Origin: Alphaproteobacteria bacterium | Lineage (GTDB): Bacteria > Pseudomonadota > Alphaproteobacteria > MPNO01 | Length of the DNA stretch: 64,000 bases | NCBI GenBank assembly: GCA_964291675.2 | Contig: OZ219866.1 | Coordinates: 1,344,001-1,408,000, forward strand | Direction: 5' to 3' | In this document: in pieces, positions 54,625 through 62,471 of the stretch | How positions within the stretch are numbered: position 1 is the first letter of the stretch | Layout of the letters: each line of letters starts with the position of its first letter | Position numbers and translations under genes: made by a program | The notes under the pieces: model-generated | The model's input: only the letters and a program-made list of their open reading frames with translations | Database searches by the model: none | What the model was told of the DNA's origin: nothing

Positions 54625-54978
54625 GCGCGGCGGCGCCAAACGCCCCTCCCCTGATCCCGGCTACGCCGCGCAGGGGCCGTATCGAGGAACGGGCCGGGCC
54701 GCCCGGCCATCGCCGCGTGCCGCCCGTTGCGGGAAACGACGCCGGCAAGGAAACCCCCGAACGTCGGCAGCATCGAGAGATCGAAGGCCGCTTCGATGCG
54801 GCTCGGGCGCGGCCGGGAAGCGGCGCATCGCGAGCCTGCCCTGAGCTTGTCGACGGCGACGCCTCCGCCGCATCGGTTCCATCCGAAACGGGTACGCCCC
54901 GTCCCCGGGGGACGCGGGAACCGGCAGTTCCCGCGACCGGACGGCGCGGGACTCACCGGTCAGGGACTTGGCGCGCGG

Positions 54979-55034
54979 TCTTCGCGCGATGGATAGGTCA
55001 ACAATGTTGACCGATGTTTCACATGAAACATTAG
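54979..55034. promoter_or_regulatory. parS: 56-bp module: GGTCAAC-N3-GTTGACC palindrome (54996-55012) plus parS TGTTTCACATGAAACA (55015-55030)
   Basis: 15/16 match to the parS consensus; inverted copy at 61355-61410. Confidence 0.85.
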
Positions 55035-55041
55035 GCCCGCG

Positions 55042-55998
55042 TCACTCGGCGGCGGCGGGCTCGTGGAGGTCGTCCTCGACCAGATGCGGCTTGTGGGCGC
55101 CGTGCGAGACGGCGCCGGCGATCAGCTTCTTCGGTTTCTGCACCGTCGCCGGGTCGGCCGCCGCGACGCCGGCCGGGCGCGTGCCCTTGATCGTCACCCG
55201 GTCCATGATCCGCGTCGCCGGCCAGTAGTCGTGCACCGCGTAGTGCTGCACCGAGCGGTTGTCCCACAGCGCCAGCGTGTGCGGGCGCCAGTGCAGCCGG
55301 TACTGGAGCTCCGGGATCAGCGCCTGGTGGAACAGCGTGTCCAGCAGCGAGGCGCTCTCGCGCTCGTCCATGTCCTTGATGCGGATGGTGAATTGCGGGT
55401 TGACGAACAGCACCCGCCGGCCGGTCACCGGGTGGATGCGGACCACCGGGTGGGTTATCGGCGGGTAGATCGCCTCGAAGCGCCGCAGCTGCTCGCGGTC
55501 CTCCGGCGTGTCCTCGAAGATCTGCTTGAACGGCTTCATGTCGTGGATTGCCTGGAGCCCGTCGATCAGCCCGCGCAGGCGCGCGCTGAGACCCTCATAG
55601 GCGGCCGACATCGAGGCGAACACGGTGTCGCCGCCGATTTCCGGCACCACCTTGGCCGAGAGCGCGGTCGCCATCGGCGGGGCGGCGCGGAAGGTCTCGT
55701 CGGAATGCCACACATCGGTGCCGAAGGGCGGCGTGTCGGCGTCGTTCTCGAAGCGGATCAGCGCCGGCGTGTCCTCGACATGCGGCGCGAAGGGGTGGAC
55801 CGAGAGCTCGCCGAAGCGCTCGCCGAAGGCCATCAGCTGGTCCGAGTCGATCTCCTGGCCGCGGAAGATCAGCAGCTGGTGCTCGGCGAGCCCGTCATGG
55901 ATCGCATCGCGCGCCGCGTCGTCGAGGGGCCGGGCGAGGTCGACGCCCTCGACCTCGGCGGCCAGGCTGGCGCCCACCCGGCGGAAGGAAATGCCCAT
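55042..55998 (-). CDS. TauD/TfdA family Fe(II)/2-oxoglutarate dioxygenase
   Basis: WHSD, GGDT.F, HPVVRIHPVTGR, WDNRSVQHYA. Confidence 0.93.
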   Translation of the reverse strand: MGISFRRVGASLAAEVEGVDLARPLDDAARDAIHDGLAEHQLLIFRGQEIDSDQLMAFGERFGELSVHPFAPHVEDTPALIRFENDADTPPFGTDVWHSDETFRAAPPMATALSAKVVPEIGGDTVFASMSAAYEGLSARLRGLIDGLQAIHDMKPFKQIFEDTPEDREQLRRFEAIYPPITHPVVRIHPVTGRRVLFVNPQFTIRIKDMDERESASLLDTLFHQALIPELQYRLHWRPHTLALWDNRSVQHYAVHDYWPATRIMDRVTIKGTRPAGVAAADPATVQKPKKLIAGAVSHGAHKPHLVEDDLHEPAAAE

Positions 55999-56041
55999 CG
56001 CGGCCTCCCCGGTTTCCCGTCCCAGACTAGCGGAGATCGCC

Positions 56042-57364
56042 TCAGTCGGCCAACAGCGCCGGCATCACCAGGGTGAGCGCCGGGAAGACCACGATCAGCA
56101 CCACCCTCAGCGCATCCGAGGCGAGGAACGGGACCACCCCCTTGAAAGTCTCGATCATCGGCACGTCGCGCGCCATCGAGTTGATGACGAACACGTTGAG
56201 CCCGACCGGCGGGGTGATCAGCCCGACCTCGACGACGATCAGGGTGATGATCCCAAACCACAGCTTGGTCTCCTCCGGGCCGAGGCCGTAATCGAGCCCG
56301 GCGATGATCGGCCAGAAGATCGGCACCGTGAGGAGGATCATCGAGAGCGAGTCCATCACGAAGCCGAGCACGATGTAGAGCACCACCATGCCGGCGAGCA
56401 CGACCAGCGGCGCCAGCCCCGAGTGCTGGAAGTAGTCGGCGGCGAAGATCGGCAGCTGGGAGAAGCCGAGAAAGGCGTTGAACACCGCGGCTCCCAGCAG
56501 GATCAGGAAGATCATCGCCGTCGTCGTCGCGGTGCCGAGCAGCGCCTCGACGGTCCCTTCGACGCGCATCCGCCCCTTGGTGACGGCGATCAGGAAGGTG
56601 CCGACCGCGCCCACCGCCGCCGCCTCGGTGGGGGTGAAGATGCCGGCATAGATGCCGCCCATCACCAGCAGGAAGATCACCAGCACCGGCCAGATGTCGA
56701 CCAGCGCCGCCCATTGCTCGGACGCCGCCGCCCTGATGCCGGCGGGGCCGGCCTCCGGGTTGACCCGCACCACGATGGCGATCGCCAGGATGTAGCCGAT
56801 GGCGGCCAGCACGCCCGGGATGAAGGCCGCCTGGAACAGCGTCGCCACGTTGGCCTCGACCATCACGGCGTAGATGATCAGCACGATCGAGGGCGGGATC
56901 AGGATGCCCAGCGTGCCGCCGGCGGCGAGCGCCCCGGTGGCGAGCGAGCCGGCGTAGTTGTAGCGCCTGAGCTCGGGCAGCGCGACCTGGCCCATGATCG
57001 CCGCGGTGGCGAGCGAGGAGCCCGAGATCGAGGCGAAGCCGGCGCAGCCGCCCACGGCGGCCATGGCGATGCCGCCGCGCCGGTGGCCGAGCCACGCATT
57101 GGCGGCGCGGAACAGCGACTGGCTGATCCCCGCCTTGGCGGCGAACTGCCCCATCAGCAGGAACAGCGGCACCACCGAGAGGTCGTCGTTGGTGAAGCGC
57201 CAGTAGGTCTCGGTCTTGAGGTAGGAGAGCAGCGCCGAGGAGCCGGCGATCGACACGTAGCCGACGACGCCCACGCTCAGCATGGCGACGCCGATCGGGA
57301 TGCGGAAGGCGAGCAGCAGCAGGAGCGCCGCGAAGCCGATCCCGCCGATCGCCAGCCCGCTCAT
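56042..57364 (-). CDS. dctM: TRAP transporter large permease (DctM)
   Basis: VVPLFLLMG, SGSSLAT, GGTLGILIPPS, GLITPPVG. Confidence 0.93.
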   Translation of the reverse strand: MSGLAIGGIGFAALLLLLAFRIPIGVAMLSVGVVGYVSIAGSSALLSYLKTETYWRFTNDDLSVVPLFLLMGQFAAKAGISQSLFRAANAWLGHRRGGIAMAAVGGCAGFASISGSSLATAAIMGQVALPELRRYNYAGSLATGALAAGGTLGILIPPSIVLIIYAVMVEANVATLFQAAFIPGVLAAIGYILAIAIVVRVNPEAGPAGIRAAASEQWAALVDIWPVLVIFLLVMGGIYAGIFTPTEAAAVGAVGTFLIAVTKGRMRVEGTVEALLGTATTTAMIFLILLGAAVFNAFLGFSQLPIFAADYFQHSGLAPLVVLAGMVVLYIVLGFVMDSLSMILLTVPIFWPIIAGLDYGLGPEETKLWFGIITLIVVEVGLITPPVGLNVFVINSMARDVPMIETFKGVVPFLASDALRVVLIVVFPALTLVMPALLAD

Positions 57365-57368
57365 CGCC

Positions 57369-57914
57369 TCAGCCGTCCTCGCCGTCGAGGAAGCGGCCCG
57401 CGCGCATCTCGCGGACGCTGCGCCAGACGGTGTAGGCGGTGACCGCGATCAGGAACCCCATCAGAGCCACCGAGACCGGGAAGGTGGTCCAGCGCGGGAA
57501 GTTGAGCGTGATCGAGAGCTCGTTGTACTGGCGCATGTCGATCCCGCCATAGACCATGCGCCAGGTGAGCAGCGCGCCGAGAGCGACATAGAGCATGCCG
57601 CCCACGGCGTCGCACAGCGCCTTGGCGCGCACCGGCGCCCGGTCCATGAAGAAGTCGACGATGACGTTGCCGCGGGTGAGCTGGCACCACGGCAGGAAGG
57701 CGAAGACGGCGATCCCGGTGCCGATGGCGACGATCTCGAAATCGCCGCGGATCGGCGCCGAGAACGCGGCCCGGCCGGCGATGCTGACCGCCGTCAGCAG
57801 GGCCATCGCCGACAGGATCGCCCCGCCCAGGATCGCCAGCCAGCGGGCGGCCGCGTAGAGCAGCCGGCCCACCGCGTCGGTGGGCCGGCCGGCGCCTTCA
57901 ACCGGCTCCGCCAT
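57369..57914 (-). CDS. dctQ: TRAP transporter small permease (DctQ)
   Basis: 4 TM, PIRGDFE, GNVIVDFF. Confidence 0.88.
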   Translation of the reverse strand: MAEPVEGAGRPTDAVGRLLYAAARWLAILGGAILSAMALLTAVSIAGRAAFSAPIRGDFEIVAIGTGIAVFAFLPWCQLTRGNVIVDFFMDRAPVRAKALCDAVGGMLYVALGALLTWRMVYGGIDMRQYNELSITLNFPRWTTFPVSVALMGFLIAVTAYTVWRSVREMRAGRFLDGEDG

Positions 57915-57932
57915 CGTCGGCGGCGGCGGGTG

Positions 57933-58979
57933 CTACTTCGCGTACTTGTCGATCAGCGCGCGCGCATCGGCCAGCAGCGCCGGGCCGTCGACGCCGATCT
58001 TCTTCATCGAGGCGAACCACTGGTCGAACACCGGCTTGGCGGCGGCCTTCATCTTGGCCACCTCGTCGGCCGGGATGGTGTAGAACTTGTTCTTCTTGCG
58101 CGCCTGGATGACCTTGAGCCCGGGCTCCTCGATATCGACCCAGTTCTGCCCGGCCCATTGCGCGATGTTGCGCCCCGCATTGTCGTCGATCGCCTTCTTC
58201 ATCTCCTTGGACAGCTTGTCGTAGCTCTTCTTGTTCATCAGGAAGGTGAAGATGCTGGTGCTGAGCCTGGGCCGGTCGCCGGCGAGCACCGAGAAATGGC
58301 TTACCAGGTCCTGGGTCTTGACCGCCGGCGCGATCTCGTAGGGCAGCGTCACCCCGTCGATCACCCCCTTGGACAAAGCGGGCGGGATGCGCGGCAGCGG
58401 CATCCCGAGACCGGCCGCGCCGAACGCCTCGAGAAGCTGGACCGTGCTGCGCGTGGCGGCGCGGATCTTGAGCCCCTTGAGGTCGGCCATCGAGCGGATC
58501 GGCTTCTTGGTCTGGAACATGAAGCCCTGGTGCACGTGCACCAGCAGCGGGTGGTAGTCCTTGAGGTCGGTGTCGACGAGGTGCTTGTCCCCGTAATCCT
58601 GCAACGCCAGCGTGGTCGACAGCGCGTCCTTGTGGACGAAGGGCAGCTCGAACGGCTCGACCCTCGGCATCCGCCCGGGCGTGTAGCCCGGCAGCGTCCA
58701 GCCGATGTCGACCACCCCGTCGCGCACCTGGTCGAGAAGCTGGGTCGGCTTGCCGCCGAGCTGCATCGACCAGAAGATCTGCACCTTGAGCTTGCCGCCC
58801 GAGGACTCGCTCACCTTCTCGGCCCAGGGCTTCATGAAGGTCTTGGACGGGTTGGCGACGGGCGGGATGAAGGTGTGCATGCGGAGCGTCACCTCGGCCG
58901 CCCCGGCCTGGCCGCCGAGGCCGAGCAGCGGCAGCACGATTGCCGCGGCGACGGCCGCGGCGAGTCCTGATCTGTTCAT
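57933..58979 (-). CDS. dctP: TRAP transporter substrate-binding protein (DctP)
   Basis: Signal peptide, DQVRDGVVDI, YTPGR, DLKGLKIR, ALSKGVIDG. Confidence 0.92.
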   Translation of the reverse strand: MNRSGLAAAVAAAIVLPLLGLGGQAGAAEVTLRMHTFIPPVANPSKTFMKPWAEKVSESSGGKLKVQIFWSMQLGGKPTQLLDQVRDGVVDIGWTLPGYTPGRMPRVEPFELPFVHKDALSTTLALQDYGDKHLVDTDLKDYHPLLVHVHQGFMFQTKKPIRSMADLKGLKIRAATRSTVQLLEAFGAAGLGMPLPRIPPALSKGVIDGVTLPYEIAPAVKTQDLVSHFSVLAGDRPRLSTSIFTFLMNKKSYDKLSKEMKKAIDDNAGRNIAQWAGQNWVDIEEPGLKVIQARKKNKFYTIPADEVAKMKAAAKPVFDQWFASMKKIGVDGPALLADARALIDKYAK

Positions 58980-59013
58980 TGTTCGCTCTCCCGTGGTTTC
59001 TTGCGTGAAGCCG

Positions 59014-59439
59014 TCAGTCGGCGCGACCGGCCAGCGCCAGCAGCGCGTCCTCCCAGTCGCCCCGGCTGAAGGTCATGATGCGCAGCGGCTCGCCCGGCGT
59101 CCAGCAGATGTCGAAGGCGACCAGCGGCGGCGCCACCGTCAGCCGGTAGGCGCCGCGCCAGCCGGGGTCCTTCGGGATCTCGGTCGGCAGCACGGTCTCG
59201 GCCGGGATCGCGGCCGGCAGGTCGGGACCGGCGCAGCTTATCTCGAAGTCCTGGCCGTCGGAGGTTGCGGTCTGGAAGCGCCAGCCCGCCGCCGCCCGCT
59301 CGCCGTCGCGCGCCAGCGCCGCGAGCGCCGCCTCGGCGAGCCGGGTCAGCGCCGGGGCGGTCGGGGTCGCCGTCCCCTCGGCGTCGATATGGCGGTAGGA
59401 GCGGGCGCTGGAGCTACCGCTCGCCCTTGGGGGTCTTAT
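59014..59439 (-). CDS. Hypothetical protein missing from the ORF track (no canonical start; candidate ATA)
   Basis: Open frame with host-like codon usage ending W.G.YRL.V...FDI.W...EPLRIMTFSRGDWED. Confidence 0.6.
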   Translation of the reverse strand: MRPPRASGSSSARSYRHIDAEGTATPTAPALTRLAEAALAALARDGERAAAGWRFQTATSDGQDFEISCAGPDLPAAIPAETVLPTEIPKDPGWRGAYRLTVAPPLVAFDICWTPGEPLRIMTFSRGDWEDALLALAGRAD

Positions 59440-60340
59440 AGCCCTCCTCCTTGCGGATCTTCATGTATTGGCGGAACACGTCGCGCTTCTCCGCGTCGCC
59501 GTTCTCCTTGTAGATGTAGGGGCAGACATCGACGCAGATATGGCAGTAGGACTCGCGGAAGCGCGAGATCGGGTAGCACTTGTCGATGTCGGTCAGCCAG
59601 CGCTTGATGCCGTCGGTGGTGATATAGCCGTCCGGGATCGCATCGCCCGGGCAGTTGTTGCGGCAGAGATTGCACGACATGCAGTAGTCCTGCACGCCGA
59701 ACTCGTAGGGCTCGTCATAGGCGACCGGCAGGTCGGTGGTGACGAAGCCCGGGCGGAAATTGGCGCCGAGCTCGGGGTGGATCAGGCTGCCGTGCCGGCC
59801 GAGCTCGCCGAAGCCGACCGCGTAGAACACCGGGATCGCCTGGATCTGGAACGACCCGTTGTGGTGCGCGACGGCGGGGTAGCCGAGCTCCTCGCGGATC
59901 TGGCGGGCGAGCTCGGTGGCGATGTCGGCGCATTTGGCATAGGTCGACATCGCCTCGAGGTCGACCGCGTCGGGGCTCTCGATCGACTTGCGGTAGTCCT
60001 CGTAGCAGATCGTCGCGATGACGTTCCTGTGCTCGATCTCGGCGCCGAGCTCGACGAACTCGGGGCGGAGCGCGCACATCCCGACATCCGCCGCGCCGAG
60101 CGCCCGGGCGCGCCGCTTGATGTCGGCGGCCATCGCCGCCTCGTCGGCGACTTCGACCCGCTCCGGGTTGACCGGCCCGTCGCGCAGCGGCACCAGGTCG
60201 TTCCAGTGCTTCATCGCCGCGTCGCGCTCGGGGAAGGAGCGCTGCCAGAGCGGCACGTCCTCCATGTCGCGGTCGCGAAGCGCGGCGCAGAGCAGCGCGT
60301 CCTGCATGCCCTGCTCGCGTATCCAGCTCGTGCCCTTCAC
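59414..60340 (-). CDS. Reductive dehalogenase / epoxyqueuosine reductase-like 2x[4Fe-4S] protein
   Basis: ARALGAADVG, GFGELGRHGSLI.PELG.NFR...VTTDLP, CMSCNLCRNNCP, C...CHICVDVCP. Confidence 0.82.
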   Translation of the reverse strand: MKGTSWIREQGMQDALLCAALRDRDMEDVPLWQRSFPERDAAMKHWNDLVPLRDGPVNPERVEVADEAAMAADIKRRARALGAADVGMCALRPEFVELGAEIEHRNVIATICYEDYRKSIESPDAVDLEAMSTYAKCADIATELARQIREELGYPAVAHHNGSFQIQAIPVFYAVGFGELGRHGSLIHPELGANFRPGFVTTDLPVAYDEPYEFGVQDYCMSCNLCRNNCPGDAIPDGYITTDGIKRWLTDIDKCYPISRFRESYCHICVDVCPYIYKENGDAEKRDVFRQYMKIRKEEGYKTPKGER

Positions 60341-60462
60341 CGCGCCCCCCCGTGGTTCCAGGCCGAAGTCTGGCGCAGATGGCGGGGCGCGACAAGCGGA
60401 GCCTGAGCTTGTCTCGCCGCCGCCGGCCCCACAGAATGCCCGCCGAGAGGGAGGGCAGGGAA

Positions 60463-61341
60463 ATGGCCGAGGCGATCTACCGCGACTTCCGCGACAGGGA
60501 CTCGCTCTACGCGCAGTACGACAACCGGAGCATGATCGCGGCCGAGGCGCTGGAGGCGATCAAGGCGCGCCAGGCCGAGCGGTCGGATGCCTGCCGCGCC
60601 GGCGCGGGACGCTCGGCGCTCGACCTCGCCTATGGCGCGCACCGGCGCGAGCGGCTCGACCTGTTCCTGCCCGCGGCCGACGGCGCGCCGCTGTTCGCCT
60701 TCATCCACGGCGGCTACTGGCAGTGGAACGACAAGGAGCCCTTCGCCTTCCTCGGCGAGCGCCTGGTGCCGGCGGGGGCGGCCTTCGCCAACATCGAATA
60801 CGCGCTCTGCCCGGCGGTGACGCTGACCGAGCTGACCGCGCAGATCCGCCGCGCCGTGGCCTATCTGTGGCGCGAGGCCCCGCGCTTCGGCTACGACCGC
60901 GAGCGCATCGTGGTCTCCGGCCATTCGGCGGGCGGGCATCTGACGGCGATGGCGATGGCGACCGACTGGCCCGCCTTCGCCGACGACCTGCCCGCCGGGG
61001 TGGTGGCGGCGGGCCTGCCGATCAGCGGCGTCTACGACATCGAGCCGCTGCGCCACACCCCGCTCAACGACGCCGTGCGCATGGACGCGGCGGAGGCGCG
61101 CGCGTTGAGCCCGATCTTCCTCGATCCCGCGACGACGGCGCCGATGGCGGTGGTGGCGGGCGGCGAGGAGTCCGACGAGTTCCGCCGCCAGGCGCGCGAC
61201 TTCGCCGCGGAATGGGCGGGGCACGGGGTCGAGGCGGAGGTGCTGATCGTCCCCGGCACCGACCATTTCACCGTGCTCGACACCCTCGCCGAGCCCGGCC
61301 ATCCGACCCTTGCCGCCGCGCTGAGGCTGCTCGGGATCTGA
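60463..61341 (+). CDS. Alpha/beta hydrolase, arylformamidase (kynurenine formamidase)-like
   Basis: FIHGGYW, Y.LCP, GHSAGGHL, ISGVYD, ES.EF.RQ, DHF. Confidence 0.88.
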   Translation: MAEAIYRDFRDRDSLYAQYDNRSMIAAEALEAIKARQAERSDACRAGAGRSALDLAYGAHRRERLDLFLPAADGAPLFAFIHGGYWQWNDKEPFAFLGERLVPAGAAFANIEYALCPAVTLTELTAQIRRAVAYLWREAPRFGYDRERIVVSGHSAGGHLTAMAMATDWPAFADDLPAGVVAAGLPISGVYDIEPLRHTPLNDAVRMDAAEARALSPIFLDPATTAPMAVVAGGEESDEFRRQARDFAAEWAGHGVEAEVLIVPGTDHFTVLDTLAEPGHPTLAAALRLLGI

Positions 61342-61354
61342 CGCGGCGGCGCGG

Positions 61355-61410
61355 CTAATGTTTCACGTGAAACAATGGTCAACCTTGTTGACCTATCCAT
61401 CGCGTGAAGA
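61355..61410. promoter_or_regulatory. parS: 56-bp module: parS TGTTTCACGTGAAACA (61359-61374) plus GGTCAAC-N3-GTTGACC (61377-61393)
   Basis: Perfect parS consensus; 51/56 identical to the reverse complement of 54979-55034. Confidence 0.9.
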
Positions 61411-61485
61411 GCTTGCCGCAAACCGTAAGGAGTGCGGGAGAAACCGCGGCTCGGCCCGGATCCGGCGCCGCGTCCCCCGGGGTCG

Positions 61486-62226
61486 CTACCCGCCCGGCAG
61501 CAGCGCCCGTTCCACGGCGCGCCGCAAGCGCCGCGTCCACGGCGCCTCGCCCGCGCCCATGCGCCCGAGCGCGTGCCGGGCGTATCGGTTGCCCTGCCGG
61601 GCGGCGCGGCGGAACCAGCCGATCGCCGCTTCCCGGTCGGGCGGCACGCCGCGGCCGCGGGCGTAGCAGTATCCGAGCCCGGCCTGGGCGTCGGCGTCGC
61701 CCTGCTCGGCGGCGCGGCGGAACCATCCGACGGCCGCTTCGTCGTCGCGCGCCAGCCCCATGCCGTGCAGGTACATGCCGCCGAGCTGGAACTGCGCCCT
61801 GGCGAAGCCCTGCTCGGCGGCGCGCCGGAACCACCTTGCGGCCTCGGCCGCGTCGCGCCGCACCCCGGCGCCCCGTCCGTATAGCCGCGCCAGGTTGTAC
61901 TGCGCCTTGTACAGCCCGCGATCCGCGGCCCGGCGGTACCACGCCGCGGCCCGGCGCGGATCCGCGGCGACGCCCCGGCCGAGCTCGTACATGATTCCGA
62001 GCCGGTTCTGGGCGTCGGGCTCGCCCGCCTCGGCGTGCGGAGCGAGCAGGTCGAGCGCCGCGGCGTAGTCGCCGCGCTGCAACGCGGCGCGGCCCTTTTC
62101 CAGCGTCCCCGCCGGGCCCTCCGACGCCGCCGGCAGGCGCACCGCCGCGAGCAGCAGCAGCGCCGCCGCCGCCACATACGGCCAGGCGGCCGGCCGCCTC
62201 GACCCTCCGTGCCGCTCGTCTTCCAA
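61486..62226 (-). CDS. Sel1-like repeat protein, exported
   Basis: Hydrophobic N-terminal segment; about 4 repeats AQ..LG.MY..G.GV..D...A..W.RRAA..G. Confidence 0.88.
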   Translation of the reverse strand: MEDERHGGSRRPAAWPYVAAAALLLLAAVRLPAASEGPAGTLEKGRAALQRGDYAAALDLLAPHAEAGEPDAQNRLGIMYELGRGVAADPRRAAAWYRRAADRGLYKAQYNLARLYGRGAGVRRDAAEAARWFRRAAEQGFARAQFQLGGMYLHGMGLARDDEAAVGWFRRAAEQGDADAQAGLGYCYARGRGVPPDREAAIGWFRRAARQGNRYARHALGRMGAGEAPWTRRLRRAVERALLPGG

Positions 62227-62471
62227 CCGCGCCTCCCGGGCTGCCGAACCGCGTGCGCCGCCGGTGCGCCACGGGCGGCGGCAGTCCTACCGCGTTTCGC
62301 GAATCCGCGCCCGCCTTCCGCCGCCCCGGGGCGATATGCCGCAGCGCCCGCCCGGCGGCGACCGGTCATGCTCGAAGCGCGCGGGGCGGGACTCCCCGGC
62401 GTGCCGGGTCGATGGACAGCGGGAGAGGACGAGCGATGGAACGGAGGCCGCCAGGGAACCCGGCGGGCGGG

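Noticed and set aside
54625-54978. ORFs in the gap before the first parS
   Set aside because: Composed of degenerate repeat fragments with no coding-like signal
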